Translations under genes and position numbers: made by a program
The notes under the pieces: generated by a model
What the model saw: only the letters and a program-made list of their open reading frames with translations
What the model was told of the DNA's origin: nothing
Database searches by the model: none
Shown: positions 21,026 through 33,059 of the stretch, piece by piece
How positions within the stretch are numbered: the stretch's first letter is position 1
Layout of the letters: every line of letters starts with the position of its first letter
Source: Alphaproteobacteria bacterium
GTDB taxonomy: Bacteria; Pseudomonadota; Alphaproteobacteria; Bin95
DNA: 64,000 nucleotides
Direction of reading: 5' to 3'
Assembly: GCA_964291285.2 (NCBI GenBank)
Contig: OZ219787.1
Coordinates: 608,001 to 672,000, forward strand

Positions 21026-23057
21026 TGCAGACTTCCGCGGCGAGGAAGGTCTCTGTGCAGACCGCCATCGTCTCCGAGGCGCGCGAGATCGGGTCGGTCA
21101 TATAGTAGTTGGCGACCGGACTGGCGAACGGCGCATCGTCGATCCGGCCCGCCGGAACCGCACCGCCCCATGCCGCCGCCACGATTTCGTCCTGCGTATC
21201 GAACACGGAATTGGCACGTGCCATGCGCGCACGCAATGCCGACAGCGAATCGTAAGGCAGCGGCCTGCCGAGCACGTCGGAAAGGGCGCGCAGCACCGCC
21301 CAGTCCTCGCGCGCCTCGCCGGGCGGGAAGGTCGCCCTCTCGCTGCGCTGGACCCGCCCCTCCAGATTTACCCAGGTACCCGGCTTTTCGGTGTAGGCCG
21401 CCCCCGGCAGGATGACATCGGCGCGCGCCGCGCCGGCATCGCCATGATGGCCCTGATAGATCACGAAGGCATCGCCCAGGCCGGACAGGTCGATCTCATC
21501 GGCGCCGAGCAGGAAGAGCGTATCCACGGCCCCGGACAGCATGCCGCCGGTATCCGCGCCGCCCTCGCCCGGCACGAAGCCGAGGTCGAGGCCGCCAACC
21601 CTCGACGCGGCCCGGTTCAGCACATTGAAGCCGTTCCAGTCCCTTGAGATCAGTCCGTTCAGTTCCGCCATACGTTGCGTCGCAGCAAGCACGGCCGCGC
21701 CATCCGGCCGTGCAAGGGCGCCGGCGCCGACAATGAGCATCGGACGCGACGCATCCTTCAGCACGGCGCAGAACCGGTTCCTGCCGGCGGCCGCGCCGCG
21801 CAAGGTCTGCCCGCCCGTTCCGAGATGGTCATAGCGATAGCCGAGTTCATGCGCCTCGCCTATCACGCCGACCTGCAAGCCGCCGGCCAGCCACCGCTTG
21901 CGGACCCGCGCATTGAGGACCGGCGATTCCCAACGCGGATTGCAGCCGATCAGTAACAGCGCATCGGCCTCTTCGATACCCTGGACGGTCGAGTTGAAGA
22001 GATAGCTAGAACGCTGGCCGGGAATGGCGGCAGCGCCGTCCTGCCTGCAGTCCAGATGCGGCGAACCGAGGGCCTGCATAAGATCCTTGAGCGCCTGCAT
22101 CGACTCGGCATCGACCTGGTCGCCGGCAATCGCGCCGATATCGGTGCCGGTCCGACCCTCCATCCTTTTCCGGATTGCCTCGAACGCTTCGCTCCAGTTC
22201 GCCGGATGCAGCCGGCCGTTGCGGCGCACATAAGGCCGGTCCAGACGCTGGCGCCGGAGTCCGTCATGCGCGAAGCGGCTCTTGTCGCCCAGCCACTCCT
22301 CGTTCACCTCTTCATTAAGGCGCGGCAGAATACGCAACACTTCCGAGCCCCGTGAATCGATGCGAATGTTCGCACCGAGCGCATCGAAGACATCGATGCC
22401 TTCGGTCTTGCGAAGCTCCCAGGGACGGGCATTGAAGGCATAGGGCTTCGAAGTAAGCGCGCCTACCGGACAGAGGTCGATGACATTTCCGGAAAGCTCG
22501 CTTTCCACCGCACGCTCGAGCGTGGTGATCTCCATATGCTCGCTGCGCCCGACCGCCCCGATCGACGGCACGCCGGCCACCTCCTCGGCGAAGCGGATGC
22601 ACCGGGTGCAATGGATGCACCGCGTCATCGTCGTCTTGATGAGCGGCCCCATGTCCTTGTCCGGCACGGCGCGCTTGTTTTCCTCGAAGCGGCTTGTGTC
22701 TGCTCCGTAGAAGAGGGCTTGGTCCTGGAGGTCGCACTCGCCGCCCTGATCGCAGATCGGGCAGTCGAGCGGGTGGTTGATGAGCAGGAACTCCATCACG
22801 CCCTTGCGCGCCTTCTGCGTCATTGGGCTCGAGGTCAGCACTTCCATATTGTCGCCCGCCGGCATGGCGCAGGACGCGGCCGGCTTTGGCGGACCGGGCC
22901 GGATTTCGACCAGGCACATGCGACAATTACCCGCGATCGACAGGCGCTCGTGATAGCAGAAGCGTGGCACTTCCTTGCCGGCAGCCTCTATCGCCTGCAG
23001 CACCGTGCTGCCGGGCGGGACCTCGACCTCAATCCCGTCGACGGTAAGCTTCGGCAT
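21018..23057 (-). CDS. nuoG: NADH-quinone oxidoreductase subunit G
   Basis: [40 protein letters not shown]. Confidence 0.97.
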   Translation of the reverse strand: MPKLTVDGIEVEVPPGSTVLQAIEAAGKEVPRFCYHERLSIAGNCRMCLVEIRPGPPKPAASCAMPAGDNMEVLTSSPMTQKARKGVMEFLLINHPLDCPICDQGGECDLQDQALFYGADTSRFEENKRAVPDKDMGPLIKTTMTRCIHCTRCIRFAEEVAGVPSIGAVGRSEHMEITTLERAVESELSGNVIDLCPVGALTSKPYAFNARPWELRKTEGIDVFDALGANIRIDSRGSEVLRILPRLNEEVNEEWLGDKSRFAHDGLRRQRLDRPYVRRNGRLHPANWSEAFEAIRKRMEGRTGTDIGAIAGDQVDAESMQALKDLMQALGSPHLDCRQDGAAAIPGQRSSYLFNSTVQGIEEADALLLIGCNPRWESPVLNARVRKRWLAGGLQVGVIGEAHELGYRYDHLGTGGQTLRGAAAGRNRFCAVLKDASRPMLIVGAGALARPDGAAVLAATQRMAELNGLISRDWNGFNVLNRAASRVGGLDLGFVPGEGGADTGGMLSGAVDTLFLLGADEIDLSGLGDAFVIYQGHHGDAGAARADVILPGAAYTEKPGTWVNLEGRVQRSERATFPPGEAREDWAVLRALSDVLGRPLPYDSLSALRARMARANSVFDTQDEIVAAAWGGAVPAGRIDDAPFASPVANYYMTDPISRASETMAVCTETFLAAEVCNG

Positions 23058-23075
23058 ATGCTCCGCCCTCCGGGG

Positions 23076-24359
23076 TCAGGCCGCCGCGGCCCGGCTTCGG
23101 TAACTCAGGATGCGCTCCTCCATTTCGTGCCTGAAATGGCGGATCAGTCCCTGGATCGGCCAGGCGGAACCGTCGCCATGCGCGCAGATGGTGTGCCCTT
23201 CAATTTCCTTCGACACATCCAGCAGCATGTCGATTTCCTCTACCCGGGCCCGCCCGGAAGCCATCCGCTCCATCACGCGCATCATCCAGCCCGTGCCCTC
23301 CCGGCACGGCGTGCATTGTCCGCAACTTTCGTGCGCGTAGAAGCGCGCAAGCCGCGCGATCGCCCGCACCACGTCCGTGGACTTGTCCATCACGATCACG
23401 GCCGCAGTGCCAAGCCCGCTCTGCGCGTCCCGGAGCGCGTCGAAATCCATCAGCACCTCGTCGCAGATGCTCTTCGGCAGGATCGGCGTGGACGACCCTC
23501 CCGGAATGACCGCCTTGAGATTGTCCCAGCCGCCGCGCACACCGCCGGCATGCGTCTCGATGAGTTCCCTCATCGGGATGCTCATCGCCTCTTCCACATT
23601 GCACGGCCGGTTCACGTGGCCGGAAATGCAGAACACCTTGGTGCCGGTGTTGTTGCTGCGCCCGAAGCTGGAGAACCAGGATGCGCCCCGGCGCAGAATG
23701 GTCGGTGCCACCGCGATGGTCTCGACATTGTTGACCGTCGTCGGGCAGCCATAGAGGCCCGCCATGGCGGGAAAGGGCGGCTTGAGGCGGGGCTGGCCCT
23801 TCTTGCCCTCCAGACTCTCGATCAGCGCGGTCTCCTCGCCGCAGATATAGGCGCCGGCGCCCCGATGGAGAAACACGTCGCAGTCGATGCCCGAACCGCA
23901 GGCATTCCGGCCGATCAGGCCAGCCTCATACGCCTCGTCTATGGCATGCTGCAGGTGCCGCGCCTCGTTGTAGAACTCGCCGCGCACATAGATATAGGCG
24001 GCACCCGCGCCCATCGCCGCGCAGGCGAGGAGGCACCCCTCGACCAGCTTGTGCGGGTCCCAGCGCATCATGTCGCGGTCCTTGCAGGTGCCAGGCTCGC
24101 CCTCATCGGCATTGACCACGAGATAGGCCGGGCGCCCGTCGTTCTCCTTGGGCATGAAGGACCATTTGAGTCCGGTGGGGAAACCTGCCCCGCCGCGCCC
24201 CCGCAGGCCCGATGCTTTCACTTCCTCAACAAGCCACTCACGCCCCCTGGCGATCAACTCGGCCGTGCCGTCCCAGTCGCCGCGGGCACGGGCGCCCTTC
24301 AGCGTCCAGTCATGCTCGCCGTAGAGATTGGTGAAGATGCGGTCCCCGTCGCTCAGCAT
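23076..24359 (-). CDS. nuoF: NADH-quinone oxidoreductase subunit F
   Basis: [43 protein letters not shown]. Confidence 0.97.
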   Translation of the reverse strand: MLSDGDRIFTNLYGEHDWTLKGARARGDWDGTAELIARGREWLVEEVKASGLRGRGGAGFPTGLKWSFMPKENDGRPAYLVVNADEGEPGTCKDRDMMRWDPHKLVEGCLLACAAMGAGAAYIYVRGEFYNEARHLQHAIDEAYEAGLIGRNACGSGIDCDVFLHRGAGAYICGEETALIESLEGKKGQPRLKPPFPAMAGLYGCPTTVNNVETIAVAPTILRRGASWFSSFGRSNNTGTKVFCISGHVNRPCNVEEAMSIPMRELIETHAGGVRGGWDNLKAVIPGGSSTPILPKSICDEVLMDFDALRDAQSGLGTAAVIVMDKSTDVVRAIARLARFYAHESCGQCTPCREGTGWMMRVMERMASGRARVEEIDMLLDVSKEIEGHTICAHGDGSAWPIQGLIRHFRHEMEERILSYRSRAAAA

Positions 24360-24952
24360 CGGGCGTCAGCCTCCAGCAGAGTCGTCTTGCCGCCTTCCGG
24401 CGCGGAGTTGAGGCGTTCCGCCATGGTCCCGACAGGCGGCTGGCGGCCTTCCGCCAGCGCATCGAGCAGCGCGGCCGTCCGATCCGCGTCCAGATCCTCG
24501 TAGTAGTCGTCGTTGACCTGAAGGATGGGCGCATTGACGCAAGCCCCGAGGCATTCCACTTCCAGCAGGGTGAAGAGCCCCTTCTCGTCGGTCCCGCCGA
24601 AATCGATCCCGGTCTTTTCCTTGCAGACCCGGACGACCTCGTCGGACCCGCGCAGCCAGCACGGCGTGGTCGTGCAGACATGCAGGCGGTACCGGCCCAC
24701 CGGCTCGCGGTAGTACATCGTGTAGAAACTGGCGACTTCCCAGACGCGGATCGCCGGCAGGTCCAGGAACTCCGCGACATATTCGATAACCGCAGGAGAG
24801 GTCCAGCCGAGCTGCCTCTGCGCCAAGTCCAGCAGCGGCATGACGGCGCTTTGTTGCCGGCCCTGCGGGTATTTGGCGACCACGGCCTTCGCCGCCTTCA
24901 GATTGTCGGCCGTGAAGGCGAAGCTTTCGGCCGATCCGGCGCGCACGCTCAT
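24353..24952 (-). CDS. nuoE: NADH-quinone oxidoreductase subunit E
   Basis: [24 protein letters not shown] 2Fe-2S motifs. Confidence 0.96.
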   Translation of the reverse strand: MSVRAGSAESFAFTADNLKAAKAVVAKYPQGRQQSAVMPLLDLAQRQLGWTSPAVIEYVAEFLDLPAIRVWEVASFYTMYYREPVGRYRLHVCTTTPCWLRGSDEVVRVCKEKTGIDFGGTDEKGLFTLLEVECLGACVNAPILQVNDDYYEDLDADRTAALLDALAEGRQPPVGTMAERLNSAPEGGKTTLLEADARC

Positions 24953-26127
24953 CGATCGATCTCTCCGAACACGATGTCCATGGCGCCCAGGATCGCAACG
25001 CTGTCCGCAAGCATATGGCCGCGCGACAGGAAGTCCATGGCGGCAAGATGTGCGAAACCCGGCGCCCGGATCTTGCAGCGGTAAGGCTTGTTGGTGCCGT
25101 CCGACACCAGATAGACGCCGAACTCGCCCTTGGGCGCCTCCACGGCGGTATAGGTCTCGCCGGCCGGCACGCGGTAGCCCTCGGTGTAGAGCTTGAAGTG
25201 GTGGATCAAGGCTTCCATCGACTGCTTCATCTCACCGCGCTTCGGCGGGGCTACCTTGTTGCTCTCGGTGACGACCTCTCCTTCGGGCATGTCCCGCACG
25301 CACTGGTCGATGATGCGGAGTGACTGGCGCATCTCCTCCACCCGGACAAGGTAGCGGTCGTAGCAGTCGCCGTTCTTGCCAATGGGGATGTCGAAGTCGA
25401 TCCGGTCGTAAACATCGTAGGGCTGCGTCTTGCGCAGATCCCATGGAACGCCGGAGGCCCGCAGCATCGGCCCGGAGAAGCCCCAGTCGAGCGCGTCCTC
25501 CACCGACACGCGGCCGATATCCACGGCCCGCTGCTTGAATATGCGGTTCTCGTTGAGCAAGGTCTCCATGTCGGCGACGAATTTCGGGAAGGCGGCGGCC
25601 CATTCGGCAATATCGTCCAGCATGCCCTCCGGAAGGTCCTGGTGGACGCCGCCCGGCCGGAAATAGGCGGCATGCAGCCGCGCGCCGCTGGCGCGCTCAT
25701 AGAACTCCATCAGCAATTCGCGCTGTTCGAAGCCCCAGAGCATCGGCGTCATCGCGCCGACATCCATTGCGAAGGCGGTCAGGTTCAGCAGGTGGTTCAG
25801 GATGCGCGAGATCTCGGAGAACAGCACCCGGATATACTGGCCCCGCTCCGGCACTTCGATGCCGAGCAGCTTCTCGGTCGCCAGCGCGAAGGCATGTTCC
25901 TGGTTCATCGGCGCGACATAATCGAGCCTGTCGAAATACGGGACCGCCTGAAGATAGGTCTTGTGCTCGATGAGCTTCTCGGTGCCGCGGTGCAGCAGGC
26001 CGATATGGGGGTCGATGCGGTCCACGACCTCACCGTCGAGCTCCATGACCATGCGCAGCACGCCATGGGCCGCGGGATGCTGAGGGCCGAAATTCAGCGT
26101 GTAGTTCCTGATCTGGGCTTCGGCCAT
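24949..26127 (-). CDS. nuoD: NADH-quinone oxidoreductase subunit D
   Basis: [33 protein letters not shown]. Confidence 0.97.
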   Translation of the reverse strand: MAEAQIRNYTLNFGPQHPAAHGVLRMVMELDGEVVDRIDPHIGLLHRGTEKLIEHKTYLQAVPYFDRLDYVAPMNQEHAFALATEKLLGIEVPERGQYIRVLFSEISRILNHLLNLTAFAMDVGAMTPMLWGFEQRELLMEFYERASGARLHAAYFRPGGVHQDLPEGMLDDIAEWAAAFPKFVADMETLLNENRIFKQRAVDIGRVSVEDALDWGFSGPMLRASGVPWDLRKTQPYDVYDRIDFDIPIGKNGDCYDRYLVRVEEMRQSLRIIDQCVRDMPEGEVVTESNKVAPPKRGEMKQSMEALIHHFKLYTEGYRVPAGETYTAVEAPKGEFGVYLVSDGTNKPYRCKIRAPGFAHLAAMDFLSRGHMLADSVAILGAMDIVFGEIDR

Positions 26128-26720
26128 CAGGCGCCCTCCCCCTTTTCGTCGCCGGGCAACGGCCCTTCCCAGGGGCTGAGATAGTCGAAGGACCGGAACT
26201 CCTGCGTCAGGGAGACGGGCTCATAGACCACTCGCTTCTGTTCGTCGTCATAGCGGACCTCGACATATCCCGTAAGCGGGAAGTCCTTGCGCATGGGATA
26301 GCCTTCGAAACCGTAGTCGGTCAGCAGGCGGCGCAGGTCCGGATGGTCGGAAAAAAAGATGCCGTAAAGATCCCAGGCCTCGCGCTCGAACCAGGAGGCC
26401 GAGTTGAACAGGCCCGATACCGAGGGCACAGGCGTGTTCTCATCCGTGGACGTCTTGATCCGGACACGAAGATTGTGACGGTGGCTCAAAAGGTTATAGA
26501 CGATCTCGAACCGCTCCAGACGCTCCGGATAATCGACGCCGCAAAGGTCCACGAGACATTTGAAATGGCAGTTCGCGTCGTCGCGCAGGAAGGCGAGCAC
26601 CTCGACCAGCGCGTCGCGGCCGACGCGAAACACCAGTTCCGACCCCGCATGTTCCAGAGCGGCCTTCTCGCCGACCACCGCCTCGACATGTTCGGCGAGG
26701 TCTTTCAGGGCTTCGTCCAT
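26127..26720 (-). CDS. nuoC: NADH-quinone oxidoreductase subunit C
   Basis: [34 protein letters not shown]. Confidence 0.96.
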   Translation of the reverse strand: MDEALKDLAEHVEAVVGEKAALEHAGSELVFRVGRDALVEVLAFLRDDANCHFKCLVDLCGVDYPERLERFEIVYNLLSHRHNLRVRIKTSTDENTPVPSVSGLFNSASWFEREAWDLYGIFFSDHPDLRRLLTDYGFEGYPMRKDFPLTGYVEVRYDDEQKRVVYEPVSLTQEFRSFDYLSPWEGPLPGDEKGEGA

Positions 26721-26733
26721 CTGCCGGTCCGGT

Positions 26734-27270
26734 TCAGCGCGTTATCGTGCCGGTACGCTGGATCTTCTTCTGCAGCAGCAGCACGCCGTAAAGCAGCGCT
26801 TCGGCCGTTGGCGGGCAACCGGGCACATACACATCGACCGGCACCACGCGGTCACACCCCCGGACCACCGAATAGGAATAGTGATAGTAGCCACCGCCAT
26901 TAGCGCAGGAGCCCATCGAGATCACCCAGCGCGGCTCGGCCATCTGGTCGTAAACCTTGCGGAGCGCCGGCGCCATCTTGTTGGTAAGCGTCCCGGCCAC
27001 GATCATGACATCGGATTGTCGCGGGCTCGGGCGGAATACGACGCCGAAACGGTCGAGGTCGTAGCGCGAGCATGCAGTGTGCATCATTTCCACGGCGCAG
27101 CAGGCAAGCCCGAAGGTCATGGGCCACAACGACCCCGAGCGCGCCCAGTTCACCAGCTTGTCGAACCGGGCGACCACGTAGCCCCGGTCCTGAAGCTCGT
27201 CGCTCACTCCGCGCAGCAACCCATCCTGTTCCGCTCCCGGCCCCAGCGCCGGCTGGCCGATCACTCCCAT
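26734..27270 (-). CDS. nuoB: NADH-quinone oxidoreductase subunit B
   Basis: [31 protein letters not shown]. Confidence 0.97.
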   Translation of the reverse strand: MGVIGQPALGPGAEQDGLLRGVSDELQDRGYVVARFDKLVNWARSGSLWPMTFGLACCAVEMMHTACSRYDLDRFGVVFRPSPRQSDVMIVAGTLTNKMAPALRKVYDQMAEPRWVISMGSCANGGGYYHYSYSVVRGCDRVVPVDVYVPGCPPTAEALLYGVLLLQKKIQRTGTITR

Positions 27271-27626
27271 TCAAGCGCTCCCTTGCGCCATTCGTAGATG
27301 AATCCGACCGTCAGCACGCCCAGGAAGATCACCATCGACCAGAATCCCAGCATGCCGATGCCGCCGAGGGAAATCGCCCAGGGAAACAGGAACGCCACCT
27401 CAAGATCGAAGATGATGAACAGGATGGCGACCAGGTAGAAGCGCACATCGAAGCGTCCCCGCGTATCGGTGAACGCCTCGAAGCCGCATTCGTAGGTCGA
27501 AAGCTTTTCGGAGTCGGGCTTCTGCCGGGCCACGATCATCGAAGCGACGACGGCGCCTGCCGCCAGCGCCCCGGCGACAGCCGTAAAGATGAGTATCGGG
27601 ACATACTCTACGAGCAGCGCATCCAT
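27261..27626 (-). CDS. nuoA: NADH-quinone oxidoreductase subunit A
   Basis: [41 protein letters not shown]. Confidence 0.97.
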   Translation of the reverse strand: MDALLVEYVPILIFTAVAGALAAGAVVASMIVARQKPDSEKLSTYECGFEAFTDTRGRFDVRFYLVAILFIIFDLEVAFLFPWAISLGGIGMLGFWSMVIFLGVLTVGFIYEWRKGALEWE

Positions 27627-27745
27627 CGTCCTGGGCCCGTCTCCATGTTTCCCAAGCCCGAACCGGGCGCACCATAGATTACCGGAGGCGCGGCCGCAAA
27701 GCCCCGCCGGGGCCTTCCGGACATGCAGCCGCCGGCGGGTACGGG

Positions 27746-27822
27746 TGGCGGGAGTGACGGGACTCGAACCCGCGGCCTCTGGCGTGACAGGCCAGCGCTC
27801 TAACCGACTGAGCTACACCCCC
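27746..27822 (-). tRNA. tRNA-Asp (GTC)
   Basis: Minus strand GGGGGTGTAGCTCAGTCGGTTAGAGCGCTGGCCT-GTC-ACGCCAGAGGCCGCGGGTTCGAGTCCCGTCACTCCCGCCA; 77 nt, encoded CCA. Confidence 0.95.
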
Positions 27823-27897
27823 GCAGGTGCAACGACATCCGTCTAAACAAGACGCGCAGCAGGGTCAAGAACGGGGCCGCCGGAGCTCTTCCGTTCC

Positions 27898-28995
27898 TTA
27901 CAATACCCTTTCGGACTCCGGGTCGATCAGGTGCATCTGGCTCTTGTCCACCGTGAAGTCCATCGAGGAACCCACGCCCGATACGCTCTTCGGCTCGCAT
28001 CTGGAACAGATTTCCGTCTCGCCGATATCGAAAAATACCATCGTGTCCATTCCCATCGGCTCCACGACCTTGACGCCCGCGCTGAAATCCTCGAAGTCCG
28101 CATGGCTGTGGGTGCGCCGGTTGGTCACATGCTCCGGGCGGATGCCGAGCATGAGGTCGTGACCCGAAAACGGCGCGTAGCGCTGCTCGCGCTCCGTCGG
28201 CACCGTTAGCGAAATGCCGCTGCCCAGGCGAAGCGACAATCCGCCTGCCGTCTTGTCCAGTTGGCAGGGCATGAAGTTCATGGAAGGCGACCCGATGAAG
28301 CTCGCGACGAATTGCGTGCGCGGCGCGTTGTACATCTCGTCCGGCGTGCCGACCTGCTCGATCACGCCGTGGTTCATCACCACAATGCGGTCCGCCAGGG
28401 TCATCGCCTCGATCTGGTCATGCGTCACATAGACCACCGTGGTCTGGAGCCGCTGGTGGATCTTCTTGATCTCGGTGCGCATTTGTACGCGCAGCTTGGC
28501 GTCCAGGTTGGACAGGGGCTCGTCGAACAGAAACACCCTCGGCTGCCGCACGATGGCGCGCCCCATGGCCACCCGTTGCCGTTGGCCGCCGGAAAGCTGG
28601 CGCGGACGTCGATGCAGCAATTCCCCGATATTCAGGATCTCCGCCGCCAGGGCGACCCGGGAGTCGATTTCCCCCTTGTCAGTCCTCCGCAGCTTCAACC
28701 CGAACGCCATGTTGTCGTAGACGCTCATATGCGGATAGAGCGCGTAGTTCTGGAACACCATCGCAATATCGCGGTCTTTGGGCGGAACCTCGTTCACCAC
28801 CTTGCGTTCGATCGCGACTTCGCCGCCGGTGATGTCTTCCAGTCCGGCAATCATCCGCAAGGTGGTGGTCTTTCCGCAGCCGGACGGACCCACGAGCGCA
28901 ATGAATTCGCTGTCCTCGATATCAAGGTTGATCCCGCGCACGGCCGGCACATCCCCGTAGTATTTCCACAGGTCCACCAGCTGGATATCAGCCAT
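27898..28995 (-). CDS. CUT1 carbohydrate ABC transporter ATPase (MalK/UgpC family)
   Basis: [45 protein letters not shown]; GGGAGG RBS before ATG 28995. Confidence 0.93.
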   Translation of the reverse strand: MADIQLVDLWKYYGDVPAVRGINLDIEDSEFIALVGPSGCGKTTTLRMIAGLEDITGGEVAIERKVVNEVPPKDRDIAMVFQNYALYPHMSVYDNMAFGLKLRRTDKGEIDSRVALAAEILNIGELLHRRPRQLSGGQRQRVAMGRAIVRQPRVFLFDEPLSNLDAKLRVQMRTEIKKIHQRLQTTVVYVTHDQIEAMTLADRIVVMNHGVIEQVGTPDEMYNAPRTQFVASFIGSPSMNFMPCQLDKTAGGLSLRLGSGISLTVPTEREQRYAPFSGHDLMLGIRPEHVTNRRTHSHADFEDFSAGVKVVEPMGMDTMVFFDIGETEICSRCEPKSVSGVGSSMDFTVDKSQMHLIDPESERVL

Positions 28996-29027
28996 TTGGT
29001 TTCCTCCCGGCTTCGATTGGCCGACGG

Positions 29028-29951
29028 TTACTTGATTGCGCCTGACGTCAGGCCGGAGACGTAGTAGTCCATGAAGAAGGAGTAGAGCACGACGATGGGA
29101 ATCGTTCCTGCAAAGCACGCCGCCATCAGCGAACCCCAGTAATAGACGTCGCCGCGGATCAGTTCGGTGAACACACCGACACCGATGGTCTTGGCCTCCT
29201 GCGCCTGGATGAACACCAGCGAATACAGAAACTCGTTCCAGCTCAGCGTGAACGCGAACAGCACAGCGCAGATGATTCCAGGCATAGCCATCGGCAACAC
29301 CACACGCCATAACGCCCCGAGCCGCGAACACCCGTCGAGGTAAGCGCATTCCTCCACCTCCACCGGGATGGTCTTGAAGTAACCCAGGAGCAGCCAGATG
29401 ACGAACGGCGTCAGGAACGTGGGATAGGTGATGATGAGCGACCAGTAAGTGTCGCGAATCGGCACGATGTCGTCAATGAAGTTGATGACGTCGATCAACG
29501 GAATGAACAGCAGCGGCTGCGGAACGAGATAGGTCACGAATACGGCGATGCCGAATACCTCGACACCCTTGAATCTCAGCCGCGCGAGCGCGTAGGCGGC
29601 AAGAATACCGATGGAGACCGAAATGACGGTCGACGCGACCGAAACGATAATCGTGTTCACCAGCCAGTCTTCAAAGAAGGCCGTCTTTTCCGCCAGATAG
29701 ACGTAGTTGTCTACCGTCATTCCCGTCGCCCAAAACGGCGTCTGGCCGAGATTGGCAATCTCCTGATCCGATTTGATCGACGTGATCAGGATAATGTACA
29801 GCGGGAACAGGGCGAATGCCACAAACGGAATGAGCGCAAGGTAGTTGTAGGTCGCCTTTCGCCGGCGCCAGACCGGAGTCCTGTTTCGCAGGGTTTCGTC
29901 AAGCGCCGGGTCCGTCGCTGCATCCATCGTCGCGGTGCGGCTAGAGTTCAT
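29028..29951 (-). CDS. Carbohydrate ABC transporter permease (MalG type)
   Basis: AAYALARLRF; EAA-like IPVEVEECAYLDG; SWNEFL. Confidence 0.9.
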   Translation of the reverse strand: MNSSRTATMDAATDPALDETLRNRTPVWRRRKATYNYLALIPFVAFALFPLYIILITSIKSDQEIANLGQTPFWATGMTVDNYVYLAEKTAFFEDWLVNTIIVSVASTVISVSIGILAAYALARLRFKGVEVFGIAVFVTYLVPQPLLFIPLIDVINFIDDIVPIRDTYWSLIITYPTFLTPFVIWLLLGYFKTIPVEVEECAYLDGCSRLGALWRVVLPMAMPGIICAVLFAFTLSWNEFLYSLVFIQAQEAKTIGVGVFTELIRGDVYYWGSLMAACFAGTIPIVVLYSFFMDYYVSGLTSGAIK

Positions 29952-30906
29952 AGGATGTATCCCGCCTTACGAGTCGGAGCAGTCCGATGACGATCATCAC
30001 CAGAATGGGGAACAGGAACAACGATATCGCCGCCCCCAGTCCGATTTCATGATTGCTGATTCCGGTGACGTACGAATAGGTCGCAAACAGGTGGGTCGAG
30101 TTGATCGGCCCTCCCCGTGTCAGAACGAACACTATATTGAAGTCCGCCAGGGTGAAAATGGTCGAGAACAGGATGATGATCGCCAGGATCGGGCGCAGGA
30201 GCGGGACGGTGATCTTCCAGAACTTGTCCCACGCGGTCGCGCCGTCTATGTCGGCCGCCTCGTAGAGATGTTCGGGAATGGATACCAGCCCGGCCAAGAT
30301 CGTAATTATGAAAAAAGGAAGCCCGCGCCAGATATTCACGAAAATGCAAGTGTAAAGCGCCAGGTCCGGATTCCCAAGCCAATGATACGGCCCGATACCC
30401 AGCGCGTAGAACGGCCACACATTTTCAAGAATCCAGTTTATATGGCTGTAGGTAGGATCGAAGATCAGCCACCAGCCCAGCGTCGTCAACGCCGTGGGTG
30501 CTACAAACGGGATTAACAGGGAACCTCGTAAAAACTTCTTGAGCCTCAGGGCCTTCAGCAGGAGCAAGGCGGCAGCCATTCCCAGCACGATCTTGAATGC
30601 GACCGAGAAAAATGCAAACAGAAGCGTATTCCGTATAGTTATCAGGAAAATATCGTCTTCGGTAAGGATATACTGAAAATTTTCGAGCCCGATGAACTCA
30701 GATTCTTCACCAATAAAGGCATCGCTCAAACTGAAATAAACCGCTAGGCAAAACGGATAAACCACCAGCGCAATCATGATGAAGGCAGCCGGCAGGATAA
30801 AGCCGTAGCCATCGATATCGGGGCCGGCCATCTTTCGCAACGCCCTGAGCAAGGGGCGCGCAGGCGGACGAACCAGGTCTTCGCGGCCTTGATTCACTGC
30901 TTCCAT
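29941..30906 (-). CDS. Carbohydrate ABC transporter permease (MalF type)
   Basis: FIGLENF, LYEAADIDGA, TRGGP; GGAGG RBS before ATG 30906. Confidence 0.9.
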   Translation of the reverse strand: MEAVNQGREDLVRPPARPLLRALRKMAGPDIDGYGFILPAAFIMIALVVYPFCLAVYFSLSDAFIGEESEFIGLENFQYILTEDDIFLITIRNTLLFAFFSVAFKIVLGMAAALLLLKALRLKKFLRGSLLIPFVAPTALTTLGWWLIFDPTYSHINWILENVWPFYALGIGPYHWLGNPDLALYTCIFVNIWRGLPFFIITILAGLVSIPEHLYEAADIDGATAWDKFWKITVPLLRPILAIIILFSTIFTLADFNIVFVLTRGGPINSTHLFATYSYVTGISNHEIGLGAAISLFLFPILVMIVIGLLRLVRRDTSYEL

Positions 30907-30932
30907 GGCCAGCCTCCGATGCGGCAGACAGG

Positions 30933-30958
30933 CCGGTCCGGCATCATTGCCGGACCGG
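30933..30958. other. Intercistronic hairpin after the binding-protein gene (mRNA-stabilising or partial terminator)
   Basis: CCGGTCCGGCA-tcat-TGCCGGACCGG, 11-bp perfect stem. Confidence 0.6.
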
Positions 30959-30981
30959 TTCGTCTGTCGGCTCAAACAGCC

Positions 30982-32337
30982 TCAGTATTTGCGGTTGAGG
31001 CGCTTGTAGACCCGCTTCATCTGGGTTTCGAGCTTGGCGACCGCCTCTTCCGGAGACAACCGGTCGGTTGCGCATTCGGCCAGGGTGTCGGGCAGCAGAT
31101 ACTGGTCGTAGACCGTCTGAGCCGCCGCAGTCGGCACTCCCGGCCAGCCGAGCGAATGCGTGTACTGGCCGATCTCGGTCGCGAAGGCATATTTCGGGTC
31201 CGACGAATAGAGCGGGTGATCCGCGAACTGCGCCAGAACCGGCTGGTTGTAGCCCTTGCTCGCAATCAGGAGCCTGTTCTGATTGTCCTTCTGGAAGTGG
31301 TATTTCAGGAACTCCTTCGCGAGCTCCTTCTCCTTGGCGAACTTCCAGACGCCGATGCCGTTGAAGGACGCGGCCATATGCCTGCCCGCCGGCCCCTTGG
31401 GCGGAATCACATGCTCGATCTGCTCCGCAATCAGGTTCTGCGTGCCCGGAATCAACGCATTCTCGCGCACGGCCGCCCGATAGGCGCTGACCGGGTTGAG
31501 GATCATCGAGCACTTGCCGGAGATCACGCAGACATTGTTGTTGCGGTCGTCCCAGGCCAGCACTTCCTCTTCCATGCAGTCCTTGTAGAGCGCGCGAACG
31601 AACTTGAACGCTTCGACCGTCTCCGGCGTGTTGACCGCAACGGTCCGGCTGTCCTCGGCGACCAGCTTGGCCCCATGCGACCAGAGAATGCCGCGATTGA
31701 TCCAGTTGGCGTCGGCGGAATGCCCGAGCTGGATGCCGAGCGGATGGCCCTTCGCCTTCAGCTTCATGCCGACCCGGTGCACGTCCTCCCAAGTGTCCGG
31801 CACCTTCTCGCCGACCTCGGCGATCAGGTCCTTGCGATACACAAGGGGGAAGGAGATGAAATACCAGGGCAGAGCCGCCTGTTCGCCCTTGCGGCCCTTG
31901 CCCATGGTGTCGGCGGTCCAGCCGCCGCCCGCCGCGCCGATCTCCTCGTAGACGTCGCTGATGTCCTCGAGGTGGTCGGAGTAGAGGTGCGGATTGGAAT
32001 TCGACACGTTGACAATGTCGTGGCCCTTCTGTCCCTGCACCTCGCCGGCGAGCACCGCCGGCAACTGCAGATGGGCGACATGGTCCAAGCGGACCGAAAC
32101 GCCGGCCTGCTTGCCGAACTCCTCGAACTGGCGCTTGAGCTCCTCGTCCGACGCCGGCACGAAGTGCGACCATGCCAGCATCCGCAATTCCCGCTCCTGC
32201 GCATAGGCAGGCGCCTGGCCGGCCGCAAGGATCGCGGCGATGCCGCCACCCACCTTTGCCGACGTTCCAAGGAATTCGCGCCGGCTCTGGGGATGTCCGA
32301 GCAGGCCCCCCTTCGGCGTCAGCGTTGTCTTCTCCAT
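30982..32337 (-). CDS. Family 1 extracellular solute-binding protein with Tat signal
   Basis: SRREFL twin-arginine motif plus AYA cleavage site; VPDTWEDV; first gene of the CUT1 operon; AGGAGG RBS. Confidence 0.88.
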   Translation of the reverse strand: MEKTTLTPKGGLLGHPQSRREFLGTSAKVGGGIAAILAAGQAPAYAQERELRMLAWSHFVPASDEELKRQFEEFGKQAGVSVRLDHVAHLQLPAVLAGEVQGQKGHDIVNVSNSNPHLYSDHLEDISDVYEEIGAAGGGWTADTMGKGRKGEQAALPWYFISFPLVYRKDLIAEVGEKVPDTWEDVHRVGMKLKAKGHPLGIQLGHSADANWINRGILWSHGAKLVAEDSRTVAVNTPETVEAFKFVRALYKDCMEEEVLAWDDRNNNVCVISGKCSMILNPVSAYRAAVRENALIPGTQNLIAEQIEHVIPPKGPAGRHMAASFNGIGVWKFAKEKELAKEFLKYHFQKDNQNRLLIASKGYNQPVLAQFADHPLYSSDPKYAFATEIGQYTHSLGWPGVPTAAAQTVYDQYLLPDTLAECATDRLSPEEAVAKLETQMKRVYKRLNRKY

Positions 32338-32682
32338 CGGTTACCTCCTAAGGTGATGGTCGCGAGCCGTGATGTGCTGCGCCGGCATCTCCATGTACTT
32401 CGTCGCGACGTCGCAACGCCCGCCCGGAATCGATCTGGCGATGTTCACGGTCACCCCTCTCCCCCCGGAGCGTGTGGGAAGACGCCACGCCACACAAGCA
32501 CCACAACAAGATAACTCTGCAGGCAGACGGCGGAGAGGACAAGCAATTTTTGCACAAAAAGCGAAAAAGTTTCTTCTATGCCGCAGCTAATCCCGGAACA
32601 AACTAAACGGCATGCCGACTCAGTCCGGGCACGAAAGCCGGCCAAGTCCCGGAATTGTCAATTGGCTATGCAGAAACATTGA

Positions 32683-32758
32683 TGGTGGGCGATGACGGGA
32701 TCGAACCGCCGACCCCCTCGGTGTAAACGAGGTGCTCTCCCGGCTGAGCTAATCGCCC
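32683..32758 (-). tRNA. tRNA-Val (TAC)
   Basis: Minus strand GGGCGATTAGCTCAGCCGGGAGAGCACCTCGTT-TAC-ACCGAGGGGGTCGGCGGTTCGATCCCGTCATCGCCCACCA; 76 nt. Confidence 0.95.
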
Positions 32759-32786
32759 CCCAGGCCCGGGCTCGCCCGACCTGCCG

Positions 32787-33059
32787 TTAATTCACGGCGT
32801 CTTTCAGGCCCTTCCCGGCCCTGAACTTCGGCTGGTTCGACGGCGCAACATCGATCGTCTCACCTGTCCTGGGGTTCCGCGCCTTCGAAGCCGGCCGATG
32901 GGCCACCGAAAAGGTCCCGAAACCGATCAGGCGCACATCCTGACCGTCGGCAAGTGCTTTGCTGATCGTATCGAAAACAGCCTCCACAGCCCGCGCGGCC
33001 TCGGCGCGCTGCAAGTTCGCGGATACTGCGACAGCTCCAACCAGATCGTTCTTGTTCAT
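32787..33059 (-). CDS. hupB: DNA-binding protein HU
   Basis: MNKNDLV...LIGFGTF...ARNPRTGE...KFRAGKGLKDAVN; follows lon. Confidence 0.95.
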   Translation of the reverse strand: MNKNDLVGAVAVSANLQRAEAARAVEAVFDTISKALADGQDVRLIGFGTFSVAHRPASKARNPRTGETIDVAPSNQPKFRAGKGLKDAVN

